A stretch of DNA of 63,262 bases, counting the filler, from Reticulomyxa filosa (lineage: Eukaryota; Protista; Foraminifera): assembly GCA_000512085.1 (NCBI GenBank). It is 8 parts of 8 records of this genome, joined end to end, with 100 filler letters (N's around TTAATTAATTAA, not from the genome) between each part and the next. Parts side by side here need not be neighbours in the genome. Positions count along the whole stretch, not along the records: positions 40,718 to 43,347 come from ASPP01007087.1; positions 43,448 to 61,719 come from ASPP01023975.1; 6 more parts are not named here. One strand, given 5' to 3'. The translations under genes were made by a program, and so were the position numbers. Below are positions 40,618 through 53,314 of the stretch, piece by piece. Under the pieces are notes generated by a model. It did not search any database, was not told where the DNA came from, and saw only the letters and a program-made list of their open reading frames with translations. Each line of letters begins with the position of its first letter. The stretch's first letter is position 1.

Positions 40618-40717
40618 NNNNNNNNNNNNNNNNNNNNNNNNNNNNNNNNNNNNNNNNNNNNTTAATTAATTAANNNNNNNNNNNNNNNNNNNNNNNNNNN
40701 NNNNNNNNNNNNNNNNN

Positions 40718-40752
<35 letters not shown>

Positions 40753-40759
40753 AAAGAAG

Positions 40760-41459
40760 TCAGGCCTTAAAAGATCGAAGTGAATTGCTAATTCGCGAAC
40801 GTGATGACGTGAAAAAACAAAAAGAGCAATGGCAACACTTAGTAGACGAGCAAAAGCAACGTGCTGAAATGTTCCGTAAGCAACAAGAGGATTTGGACAA
40901 ACGACACCAAGAAGTGTTGGATTTGCATCGAAGTGTAACGGAAGAGAGGAAGAAATTACACGACGAAAAAAAACGATTTATAAATGAACGACACAAATGG
41001 GAAAAGGAAAAAAACAAACTTTGGAAACGAGACAGCGGCAGTATTCAAGAGTTGGCCGCCAAACAAAAGGCGTTCACAAATGTCTCTTCCTCTCCCTCTT
41101 CCTCCTCTTCCGTTAATCCCAATTCCAATCCAATGGCCCCTTCCTTGAAACCAGTTTCAGGTCTCTCCAAACACCGTCGTAGTGGCTCCACGAACTTGCA
41201 ATATGACACCTTGTTCATGATGGGAGGCTCTCTGAAAGACGCTAGAGCCATGGCTACCTCACTTGGTACTGTTGGCAGCATTCCAGAAACAGGCTCGGAG
41301 TATCCTGAGAGTGAATATGCTGATACCATTATCAGCGACACTATCACTGATTTGGAGTCACTCAATAGCATTAGTGACGAAGAAGCCGAAAAGGATGGCC
41401 ATTTCAATCACAAAAACAAACACCATTCTTTGAATTTGTCTATCAGCGAGTATGAATAA
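40760..41459 (+). CDS. Last exon of a coiled-coil protein with a Ser-rich tail
   Basis: Open frame with heptad-like E/K/Q/R-rich segment then S/D/E-rich tail; poly-A intron remnant upstream. Confidence 0.7.
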
Positions 41460-42098
41460 TGTGTATACCCTTTTTTCCCCCCCCCCCCCCCTTCCTCCTT
41501 CTATTTCATAGTACATTCAATATAACTTTAAACACAATTCATACTCCCTCTTTGAGAGGGGAAAATGTTATCTCTTTTTTTTTTTAATTATTATTGTTGT
41601 GTAATCATTTTTTGTGTTTGTCATTGTGAAGTTTAAAATTTGCTTTTTTTCCCTTTTTTTTGCGATGATCCTTTTTTTATTCTATCCTTTTTTTCTTTTT
41701 TAGTTTAACATTTGTACCAGTGAGTCGAACTTGTCCATCTGAATGTTAATATTTGTAAAGAAAATATAGTTTTTGTAAGACAGTCTTATTCATACAATGT
41801 AGGGCGCACACATTTCCCAAAAAGAACGATAAAAGAATGAAAGTACTTAACCAGATAGAAAATAAGACAAAGATATATAAAAAATTCTTGAAAATATCGT
41901 CTTTTCTTTTTTTGTCAGTATTGTGATAGGAACTACGCAAAATGTAATACGAAAGATTATTAGCTCTCTTGAGAAACTTTCAACAAAAGCAAATTTAGTT
42001 AAAAGAAAACGATGTCAGAATAATCAACTAAACCTAAAACAAAAGAATGTGAAGTGAGCGGTTAGAATAAAGAGAGTTCAAAGGCTCACTGAATTTTG

Positions 42099-42143
42099 CT
42101 GGTCATAAAATAATTTTGTGCTACAATATTATTTTATGACCAG
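42099..42143. repeat. Near-perfect hairpin (21-bp arms, 1 mismatch, 3-nt loop)
   Basis: ctggtcataaaataattttgt-gct-acaatattattttatgaccag. Confidence 0.85.
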
Positions 42144-43751
42144 TATGTCGAAATTATCATTACTATTTTTCTTTTTTCGTAGATGTTTTTTGAGCAGTTT
42201 TTGTTAAAACAGCATTAAAAAAGACGTACTTTCGCGTTATATTTTTGCCATGAGCTAAAGCACTGCTGTTAATAATCGTTGGCAAGTGCTAAAAATTTTC
42301 TATTGTAGATCACTAAAAAACAAACGGCAGCACGAAAACTTCGATTGTACTTGCTTAAGGGCAACTTTCATCAAGATTCAATCGTAGGTCGTACGTCGCG
42401 TGATGAGATAGCACGTAAATTTTTTTTGCAAATAAAGAAAAATCTAAATTTTTTTCTTAATGTTACAAATTATCCAAAAAATTTTTGAGCGAAAAGTTGT
42501 ACATAATAAAAACCGTATGCGTACGGTTAAACGTTGCCAAGAAAACCACAAATCAGAGAAGAATAAAAAAGACTTAGGTGAGGTCTTTGTGCGGATAATT
42601 TTAATACGTTAAGTCCTTGAACCTGGGACTAATTAAATAAGTTTATTTGATGAAGGTATCGAAAACTGATATCCAACAAGAAACGAAAAAAAGTGGATAA
42701 GAATACATATTTACCACATTTTTTGTCTAATTGCCTGTTTTGTTTTGAATTGAACTTGCCAAAAAATAAGAACACAACCAACAAACAAGACAACAAAAAG
42801 GAAGTCAGAAACTACCAAAAAGTACACCTCTGTTAAGAGTTTACAAGCAAAAGTCTATGTTTGCTCAAACGACGTAAGGAAATTTCTTATTTGCCTTACG
42901 ATATCTCATTACGCTGCAATCTATTGATTTGTAATAACAATACTATAATAATAAAAAAACCGTGTCAAGGACATTGAACGAAATGAAAAAAGAATAAAAT
43001 AAAACAGCAAAACAAAACAGAAACATGAAACAAAAAAATGTTGTAAAAAACAAGACATAGAGCTACAAATCAAACAACTCAAAACACAATCAAAAAACAT
43101 AACAAAAACAAGAACCAGAACAAAACCACATAAAAAAAGCTTAGAAAAATGGAAAAAAACAAACAACAAAAAAGCTTTTCCAATAAAAAAAAACAACCAA
43201 ACAAAAAGAAAAAAAAGAAACTAAAAATTAGTATGTTCCGAGGTTTCCTCCATTTCAATGCGTTTTCGTTTCTTTTGCATTTGCTTATGGGTTTTCTTGT
43301 GGGCATTCAATCTAAGATGTTAAAGTAGCCATGTTTAAAAATGAGCCNNNNNNNNNNNNNNNNNNNNNNNNNNNNNNNNNNNNNNNNNNNNTTAATTAAT
43401 TAANNNNNNNNNNNNNNNNNNNNNNNNNNNNNNNNNNNNNNNNNNNNTTCATAATGCACATCATGTGGAAATTAAAACAAAATGTCAACTTGCCATTGTT
43501 CAGGAAACAAATCCGCAAAATTTTATTGCTTACATTTTTCAAATTACTTTCTTTTATTTTTTTTCTCCATAAACGGCAATGACACATAACAAAAATATAC
43601 ATATTTCCTATTCTTCAACTTGAATCGCAATATGTTTTTTTTCCCCTTTTTCGTTAGTGATTCTGTGATTGAATTCATTTATGTGGTTTACCCACCCACT
43701 TGCAATGGATCAGATTACTTTCTTTTATCTTGTTCAATAGCTCATAATGCA

Positions 43752-45046
43752 CAGTAGAATGCAAAGTAAAGTTGACACCTAAAACGGCACCTTATAGAAA
43801 TGATTGATTTTCTACATGAAAAAACAACATTCAGATCTAATTTTTTTAAAAAAATATCTACAATCGTGTAATTTTTAAATATCATTTTTAATTTAGTTTT
43901 TATTACATCTTTCCCAATTGTTTAAAAAATTTGAATATTTTATTCATTTTTTGAAAATTTTCGAGAAAAAATTGACAATTGTGCCTACGTCGTAACCATG
44001 AAACTTGCCAACTTTTTTTAAGCATTTTCAGAAAGTTCTCAATGCATAGATATTTGTAAAAAAAAAGATTATTGTTCTACGTTGCGTAGTTTTTGAGAAA
44101 ACTCAATTTTTTATTAGCAAAAAAATTTTTTTTTGCAGAATTTAATGCTATTTTGCAAAGTTTGTACATTGTGAAGGTATGATGGTTTTTGACTACTGTT
44201 TGCTTTGTCTTTACTTATTATTGGTTTTTTGATTTTTTTTTGTCTAATGCCAATTAAATTAAGTTAATTCAAAACAATAGAATTGAAATTTTTTTTGTAG
44301 TAAGATTGTTTTTAATGAAAATTACCATTTATTTACATTGTGTAATGCTTGTATTTTCTTTGGCATTGATTTTGTTAATTTTATACATATTTCTTTGTCA
44401 TTTTTTTTCCATTTTAATTTAAATTATTTCCGGAATTCTTCTTTTGATCCGAATGGCCCATTTTTGAATATTTTCGTTTTCACTATCCACCACATATTTT
44501 CGATTTTGTTCAGGTCTGGAGAATTTGAGTAAAATTCAATACTTTGATAGCGTTTGTTCAAACTATTTTTTGCTATAATTTCTGTGTAGCTTGTGGCATT
44601 ATTTTGCCGAAACATTTAATTTTCATTATCTTCTAAACCCCAATTAATACTTTTGATCATTTCATCAATAAAATTTCTTTGTAAACATATACATTGACAC
44701 ATCAATTAATGTTACATAGGTCTTAACACTACAAAGCAAAACCACACGATTATGCTTCCACTATCGATTTGATATTTTTATAATGAACGTCAGCTTCGGT
44801 TTACGCACACATTCATGACTTACACAAAATTGTTTTGCAACTTTGCGCAAACTCCAGCACTGACACAATATTGAAATAATTATGAAAGATTTAATAAAAA
44901 ACTAAATTAAAAATGATATTTAAAAAGTACACGATTTGTAGATATTTTTTTTTTAAATTAGGTATGAATGTTGTTTTTTCATGTAGAAAATCAATCATTT
45001 CTATAAGGTGCCGTTTTAGGTGTCAACTTTACTTTGTATTCTATTG
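43752..45046 (-). mobile_element. Decayed Tc1/mariner (IS630-Tc1) DNA transposon with ~155-bp terminal inverted repeats
   Basis: Left TIR cagtagaatgcaaagtaaagttgacacctaaaacggcaccttatagaaatg.. (43752-~43905) is inverted at ~44893-45046 and followed by TA. Internal remnant FRQNNAT..NSPDLNKIENMW at 44424-44615 matches the DDE_3 motifs QDNA / SPDLNPIE. Confidence 0.93.
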
Positions 45047-46375
45047 TATATCCTTGTGTCATTAAAGCGTTTGCTGTTCTCATAGAAAAACAAAACAGTT
45101 TAGAGAAAATAGACATTCTTCATCTTTAGATCCACTTCTCAACATTTTATTTTTAATTTTCGGAATAAAAGCAATATGTCATATCAAACAAACCAATCTA
45201 GTGTGCCATTTTTCAAATTGATTTGAAATATTTAAAGCAAGGCCTTTCACAAAGCTAAAAATAAAACTACCAAAAGACAACGGAAAAAAAAACAAAAAAA
45301 AAAGGCCAAGCAAACTTCTACTACTTTATATCTAAGTTCTTCTTCAAATATTTCAATATCTTCTGATTATATTTATTTGTTGCTACATCCTTCAATAATA
45401 AACATATATTTAATATTTTTTGATTGCGTTTATCTAATTATTCAGAAAAGCAATATTTTTTGAATATTGAACATAAGTGAATGCTTTCATTTTTGTTATT
45501 TAGTTTTATTTTTCATAGTTGTTCGATTCTTGTAAAATCAATTGCTGTCTTAAATTGAAATATTATGCATTTTTCGCTTGCTTTTGAAAATTTGTGCTTT
45601 CAATTTCTTTGCAAATACTTTGTCTTTAATTCAGATAAATTTAAAAATTGATTTCTGTGATACTAATTCTTTTCCATTTACATTCGTAAATACCGATTTA
45701 TGACTTGTACTTACATAATTAATATTTAGTACTTTTTTGCTTTTCTTAAATACATTTTCATTATTCAATTAATATTCATCTTTATTTTCAGATTGTAATG
45801 TAATAATATACAAATTTTTTATTAAATTTGATTTTTGCTTCTTGTTAGATTATAATCTTTTGTTTTCAAATTGTCATAATATGTATTTCTTTATCTTTTT
45901 AAGTTAAAATATAGACTGAGCAACAAGCAAGCTCCTGAAGAAAAAAAAGTATTAGTAAACATATGACTCTAATGTTCATGAAACGCTGTCTCGTTATTTT
46001 GTTTAAAGCTTTTTATTGTTTGAGAAGGAAGGAGCTTGGTTTGACAAAACTGCACATTTTGTCTAAACTTGAAAGACTTTTTATCAATTGCAAATTTTTA
46101 AATAACAACTGTTGAATTTAAATCTGATCAAACAAGACCTTTGAATAGTCTCAAATAATTCAATGTTTTTTTTTAGTGGAAGGAACAGAAAAACCACTAG
46201 TTTGCACTTTACCTGAAGAGAATTCAAACTCATTTTGTGGCTAATAGTCTCAAGACACGAGTTAATATTCTTTTATTCAAAACCAAATAAATTTCATAAA
46301 GAAGTGTACACACACAGGAAAGACGACATAAAAAACATACATAAAACGGCTTTAAAAATCACAACAAAAAAACAA

Positions 46376-48462
46376 TTATCGAAAAAGACTTCGTTTATTC
46401 CCAGAGGAGTGTTTGACAAGAACAGAAATTTTTTCTTGAAAAGCAGTCAGTTCAGTGTTAATACTCCAAATGCGTCTCTTGCAAGATTTCATATCTCTTG
46501 TGGTGTGGATTTCCGACTCCAAAGAGTTCAGCTTAGCTTTTAATTGATCAAAGATTTGGAAAAGTACATCTGATTTCTATTCAAAACAAACAAAATGACC
46601 TTAATTAAAAAAAAAACAATCCAAAAAGAAAATTACACAAAACTTGAAATAATGAATTATTTTGTTTGATGATATCTGCCAAAGCAGCATAGGTTTTTGC
46701 CATGGCATTATATTCATTTTGCAACGTTTCCAATTGCGTGATTTCCAACATACCAGAATGGCTTTGCTGATTGCTGTTGTTGCTACTTTTGTTAACATCA
46801 TTATGGAATTGGGTTGAAATGGACACTGGCAAATCCGATTTTTTAATGCCAATATTTAAAAACGTAAGTTTTTGAAAGGAAGAATAATCGCGGAATTCAT
46901 TGTCGTCATTTAATTCGTCATTCGATTGATAATACGTCTGCCAAAGCTGCTTTAGCTTGATCAACGACCTGACCCATATTTCGCACTGTATTTTAGACTG
47001 GGCGACTAAATCCAAGGATTCGGGTGCACCTTTTTTCGGCGAGCAAAGATAGAGAATGCTAAATGAGCCACTCTCCAAATTTTTGCGAGGCTTTTTCAAA
47101 AATGCCTCCGTAGTTTGTCCTCGCACAATCGACACGATATGTTTCATATGTACGTTCGTCTCCTTCAACGATTTGTTCTTCGAGTACCATTGAATCCGCA
47201 AATTGTCTTGTGACAATTCCACATATTTAAAATGAGGAAATCCATGTCGTCGAGGCCATTTAAGCTTTTATTTTCATTTTTTTAAAAAAAAAAAAAAAAA
47301 GTAAATAAATATGTATATGTATATGTGTTTATTTTATTTGTCAATATTACCATAGCCGCTCCTTTATGTAGTTCTTCAATCCCATTTACGTACAATTCAC
47401 TTTCATTGTCAATGGCATTGGCAATTTCAGACTGATCGTTTTCCCAATCCAACTTGATTGCCCCTTCGCTGTGCACTCGACGGTTTGGTATTTCATTCTT
47501 TTTGTCGCTTTTTTTCTCAGTCAAATCGGTCGATTCGTCGTCTATTTCTATCGCACCTTCCGCTCCTCCTGCTCTCCCTTCTCTCTCTGCTTCCGCTTCT
47601 GCCTCTGCTTCTGCTTCTGTTTCTACTTTTGTAATTTGTGCTCTCTTTTCAACCGGTTTGTTCTTTGACTTGCCATTGGTGTCATACTTATTATTATTGT
47701 TGTTGTTATCGTTGTTGTTGTTATCGTTGTTGTTTTTATTGTTATTGTTATTGCTATTGTTGTTATTATTGTCATCGTCGAATTGCTCGAGACTCTCTCC
47801 AAACTGTTCGAACAAGGACAGGGAATGCGACGCTTCGCGGCCGATCGGCTTCACCGGGATGCTCTGAGGGGAGTCTCTCACGCGGTCCAAGGATACGCTC
47901 GAGTCCACATTTGACAACAGATTACCCTTCCATTTCTTCTCTTCCACGCCGTCTTTGCTCTGCCAAACGCCACTTGATATCGGTACCAATGCCGCTAATG
48001 CTGATATTGTTGTTGTTGTTGCCGTAGTCGTTAATGTTGCTGTTGTTGGTGTTGGTGTCAATGCTGTTGTTGCTGTCCCTGTCTTTGCATCTTTTCCATT
48101 GTTGTTGCTAATGGTTGTCTTTGTCATGTTTTTTTTTTTGTTTGTCAATCATTTATACGTATACGTATTGTTATTGTATACTCTTTCAAATTTGTTTGCA
48201 TATGCTGCTACATTTTTACAACGTTACGGCAAAACATAATAATAATAATAATAAATTTACATACGTCCGCAAAAAATGCCAACAGGTCTTCCATTGGATC
48301 GCCTTTGCTTTTTTCTTCTTTCTCCTTATCTTTCTTCCTTTCTGCGCCGCCTTTGGGTGATTGTGCTCTCTCTTCCTCTGTTCCTGCTGATGAATTGTTT
48401 CGTCGACGCTCTTGCTTTGAGACGCGTCTGTCTTTATTTGCCGCTCGTGGAGAAGGTAACAT
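46376..48462 (-). CDS. PH-domain protein (PLC/PRAF-type PH) with disordered N-terminus and C-terminal coiled coil (4 exons)
   Basis: LHKGAAMLKWPRRHGFPHFKYVELSQDNLRIQWYSK..IVRGQTTEAF..SFSILY..SLDLVAQSKIQCEIWVRSL. Confidence 0.82.
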
Positions 48463-48948
48463 TTCCAAAGGCGTCTTTTATATTTCCTAATCTCTTGCTT
48501 CAAAGATTGATAATAAAGCCCCTACGTTGCTACTTGTTCCCGCCTTTTTGTACAGAATTTTTCTTGCAAAATTTTGAAAACAAATCCAAACACCACGTAT
48601 CTGCGAAGAAAGATTAAGTCTAATCCTTTAAATCAGACTGGATGCCATAGGCAAATAAGCAAGTTGTGAATGTATTTACACAAGAAAGCAACGACAACTG
48701 TTATACACCAGTAATACACTTACTATTTTTTAAATTTGAGAAACACACCCGAACATATACAAAACATTTGCATTTCCTCCTGTTTATAAGGTAAGAAATT
48801 TACATCATTTTCTGTTGCTATGCTTGTTGGGACAAGAAATAAAGACAAAAATTATAATTCATAATTAAAATGTAAAAAAATATTGGTATAACATTTTAAA
48901 TCTCTCAAAAAATAAAAAACAAATTTTAGGAAATAAACGATAAATAAA

Positions 48949-49894
48949 ATGAGTCAAGAAGAGGAGTTCTCAAATAACGTTACATTGGTGTGCTACAGCG
49001 AAGACTTAGTGAACCAAAACGGAGAGCTACTCACCCAACCCACCACTTCAGCGGAAGCGTTTGGAACAAACAACGACAATAATGTTAACAAAGAAGAAAA
49101 TCAGCTGCAACAAATATTGAACTCTATTTTGCCATTACTACCAATTGAAGGCAAAGAATATTGTTTCAGACAAGTAGAATTTTTGTTTGTTTGTCTTGTT
49201 TGAGACAACGCCAGAAACAAAAAAAGGCTGGACAAAACAGGTGTCATCAGCTGTCCCCACACGCAAAGATGTAACCCGATTACAACAAGATTGGAATGAA
49301 ATGTTACAACTAAGGCAGGCAAGAGAGACTGGAATTTGTGCCATTCGGTAAGGTTCATCTTCAGTTTTTTTAAAATCAAGTCACCTTTGTACGAAAACCA
49401 GTCGCAAAACAATTAAAACAAAACACGTGGCAAAAAGGGAACAATTGAATAATCAAGCGCTTGACGAATTAATTCGACAATTGACAATCATAATGCCAGA
49501 ACAAGGACTACTAGCTGTGAGAATTAAAAATGAAGCCAATATGACTGTTGACAGTTATCAAACATTATATCATAGCAGTATAGCTTATGGCATGAGAAAA
49601 TGCATCAATACCGAAGATGAAACTTCAATTTGTCAAAATAAAGTAATGCAAGCCAGACAAAAAAAACAAACTTTGGTGAAACAAGTAAAATCTTTTTAAA
49701 AAAATATTTTAATTAATTGCAACTCAAAAAATAAACAAATAAAGATAGAAACTCTTCAAACAAAATCAACCGATCAGCAAAGGCACTTCAATGAATTGAA
49801 GCGCATTGATACAAAATATCAAAACGATGATATCGAGTACTTGAAGCAACAAAAACAAGCATTGGAGAGTTTTTTGACTGAATTTACAAAGTAA
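48949..49894 (+). CDS. DNALI1: Axonemal inner-arm dynein light chain p28 (DNALI1/IDA4 family), 4 exons
   Basis: ILNSILP..WTKQVSSAVPTRKDV..LRQARETGICAIREQL..LDELIRQLTI..EQGLLAVRIKNE..YQTLYHSSIAYGMRK. Confidence 0.92.
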
Positions 49895-50476
49895 ATAATC
49901 TTCTTGTGAACTGTTTTTTTTGTTGAAAACACGTATTTTTTTTAGATAAAGCCTGAACAATTCTAAAACTTTTGGGCTTAATTTAAATATTTTCGTTTTT
50001 TTCTAAACAAGCCATTGTCAAGAAATGCGCACTTCTCTAACTCCGTACAAAGAACACTGACAGGCTTGCTTAGAACGAATGTGCGACTGCTTATTAAATA
50101 CGTTTCAACTGAAAACACAATTAAATTAAAAACAGAGAAAGTGTCTAAGAAAACTATTGAGAATAAATGAAATTGATAAGAAATGATCAAGTTCAAGCAA
50201 AAGAATTTCGAGGTTCGGTAGATGACGTTCAACTCTCAAACATGCTAAAATCTTGCTTAAAACGAAAAGGTATATAACAAATTGAAAGCGATTTGTGTGA
50301 CAAACATATTTGCAATTATATCAAAAATACGAATATGCATTACCAATTAGTTGTTAATGGTTAATGTTGTACGGGAGAACACGTGGTCATAATATTACAT
50401 AAAGATAATTTTTTAATTTGGAACTACGCGGCATGCAGTAGCGTGTTATTTTGTTACTTTTAAAAAAACAAAAATA

Positions 50477-51069
50477 TTAAGAGGTATGGGCTTTGACAAG
50501 TCTTTCTCTCATAACATCAATTGTAGCTGTTCGAGCACTTCGTTGAGAGGCATAAAAGCCCATGGGGATAAAAGTCAAACACACAGATGCTCGCAATAAC
50601 AGAGGGTATCGCTCTGTCATGTCACACATACAATTTGCACATTCACAAGCACGGATGGAAATAAGGTCACCGTATTGTCATATTTCAAAATACACTCAAC
50701 TTGGAAGAAACAATGGAATAAACAAACTGTTTGCTGCACTCCAAAAAACCCATTTGGTATTTCGAAATTTTTTCATTTGTGCTGACATCTCTTCTTTGAA
50801 CTCCTACAAAAGAATCATCGGGATAGTAAAGCTTATGAATACCCTTCGATTCCTTTTTTTGCAAGGCCCTAACTAGAGAACACTAGTGAGGAGGAAGGGA
50901 GAGGACAGAAAAAAGAAATCAAACTGCTGATTCTGTGTTAATTTTGATCACATCTTTGTTCCCTTTTCGAACTGTATGAAAAGAATCCTTTGATGCAAAT
51001 ACGATTGCCATGTGTTTCCCCCTTCAATTTCTAAAACTAAAGAACCCTTTTTTTGTTCGGTTGAACCAT
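50477..51069 (-). CDS. Small (about 87 aa) 3-exon protein with two hydrophobic segments, absent from the ORF track
   Basis: MVQPNKKR|EFKEEMSAQMKKFRNTKWVFWSAANSLFIPLFLPK|RYPLLLRASVCLTFIPMGFYASQRSARTATIDVMRERLVKAHTS-stop; both introns GT-AG and phase-compatible. Confidence 0.5.
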
Positions 51070-51614
51070 TCGCTCTTAAAAGTTACGTTTCAAATTGTGA
51101 AAACAATTCACAAAAACAATTATTATAATAATGAAACAAAGAAAAATATATTTCTATTTCAAAATAATAATCAATAAAAATTGGAATTAATACAATAGAT
51201 TTCAAACACGTAAATCCTGTCACAAAACTTAATACATAAAAGAATTTTAAAAAATTTTACATTAAATTAACTTTCAAATTTCACAAAAAATTATCTAAAA
51301 AAAAGTTAGTATAAAACTAATTTTATATTTAAAAACTACAAAAATTGTAGTTAAACATTTATTTTTCATTGAGAAAATTAATTCTCTTCATAGACACCAT
51401 TTAGGTATGGTTTTTTTTGCAACTTACTATAATTAGAAAATGCATTGCTTATATCAAAATGCAAGGCTCCAGGAGTTACTCTTTTTTTTTATATTGAAAA
51501 AATCAAATTGATATAATTTGAAAATAGCGGCAAATAAAGGTTTTACATTCTGCTCTGCTTTAAAAGTATCAGAAGAGAGAAATTATACTTGTCTTATTTT
51601 GCAATAGTGAAATT

Positions 51615-52782
51615 ATGAACAAGGCCGCCAACAAAGCTGCTTCAACAAATACCTCCAATGTAATATGTACGTACTAATTACATAATTCATTGTAAAAACT
51701 TTTTGAAAACGAAAATAAATCAACACAGAACATAAAAGGGATTAGTATTGTTGTAGAATATTGGCTTCGGTTATCGTCTATTCGAATTGGATGGATTAAT
51801 GATTTTAATAAAATCATCGCACTATATGTTTGAATTTGTTTTTTAATAATTATATGCTTTATTTTTTATTGTTGAAAATATAATATATGTATGTCTACAG
51901 GCAAAATACTACAAAAAATTATCAGTAGTATGTAAACATTCACAAAGAGTTAGATATGTAAAATTTTCAAAAGATTATATGAGAGTTGCTGCATCTTTCG
52001 AGGATAATTCAATTGGAATATTTGATTCAAATTTAAAGAGTATTTTAATATTGTTGAAAGGACATACATCTTGGGTGAGTGGAGTACAATTTTCGCCGAG
52101 CAACAATACTGTCTTATCTTGCTCATTTGACAAAACAATTCGACTTTGGGATATAACAAACGGAAATGAAATAAAAAGATTTGAAGGACACGAAAGTGGA
52201 GTATTAAGTGCTCAATTTTCACCGAATGGAAATATTGTATCTAGTTCATGGGATAGAACTATTCGACTATGGAATATAAAATCTGGAAAAGAAATTAAAA
52301 AAACACAAAAAAGAGAATTTTTTGCAAATGATGTACAATTTTCATCTGATGGTCAATTACTTGCATCATCATTGGCAAATGCAAAAATTGAAATATGGGA
52401 TGTAAAATCAGGCAAAAAAATAAAAGAATTAAGAGGACACACAAGTCAAGTTTTCAAATCACTGTTTTCATTGGATGGTAAATTTATTGTTTCGTGTTCA
52501 GCTGATAAAACAATTCGAATGTGGGATATAGCATCAAAAAAGCAAATACAAAAATTCGAAGGGCATTCAGATATGATACACGATATTAAATACTTACCTG
52601 ATGGCCAAGCAATCGTGTCTTGTTCCTACGATAAAACAATCCGTGTTTGGGATACAAAAACGGGAAAAGAACTTCAAATACTAGAAGGACACACAAATTG
52701 GGTGACAGGAATAGATATTTCTTCAGATGGTCAAACTATTGTGTCGTGTTGCATTGATGGGACAATTCAATTATGGGGATGA
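51615..52782 (+). CDS. WD40-repeat protein (exons 51615-51659, 51729-51827, 51901-52782)
   Basis: Seven GH..FSP..D.TIRLWD repeats; ends QLWG-stop. Confidence 0.93.
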
Positions 52783-53314
52783 AAAAAAAAGTAAGCTAAT
52801 TTTTTATAATATGAGTGAAAATAATTCTTATGTCTATTCATTGTTTAGTATTCAAACGTTTTCATTATTTTTCTTTTTTTATTATCACTTCTATTTGGTA
52901 GTTCAATATGAATTTTTTACATGAGTTTAAAATACTATCTCTAGAAAATCGAACAAAAAATACCTGTCAACTCCAAAAAGTTTTGCAACCTTTTTTTTTT
53001 GTATCATGAAAGAAAAAATGCTGTCAATTGGAATCGAAAAGGGTAGACTTCTTGACAAATGAAAACAGAAATTAGTACATTCATCGCTACAATGTAGAAC
53101 GTGCAGATCCAGCCAGTGGACTGAGTCAATTTTTCAACACTTTGATATTATGAATTTGTCTGGTGAGACAATTATAAATGTTAACGACTAAAAGCTGTTC
53201 GAAACCCAAAAATAGAACAACGGGCGATAAAAAGCAAAAACACAAATAAAATCAATAATTTTGTGGTTTCATTTTAATTTAGAACATGGCTAGGGAACAA
53301 TTGACAATATGTTC

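Noticed and set aside
45100-45900. Possible decayed coiled-coil gene on the minus strand
   Set aside because: Stops in all frames and no assignable family
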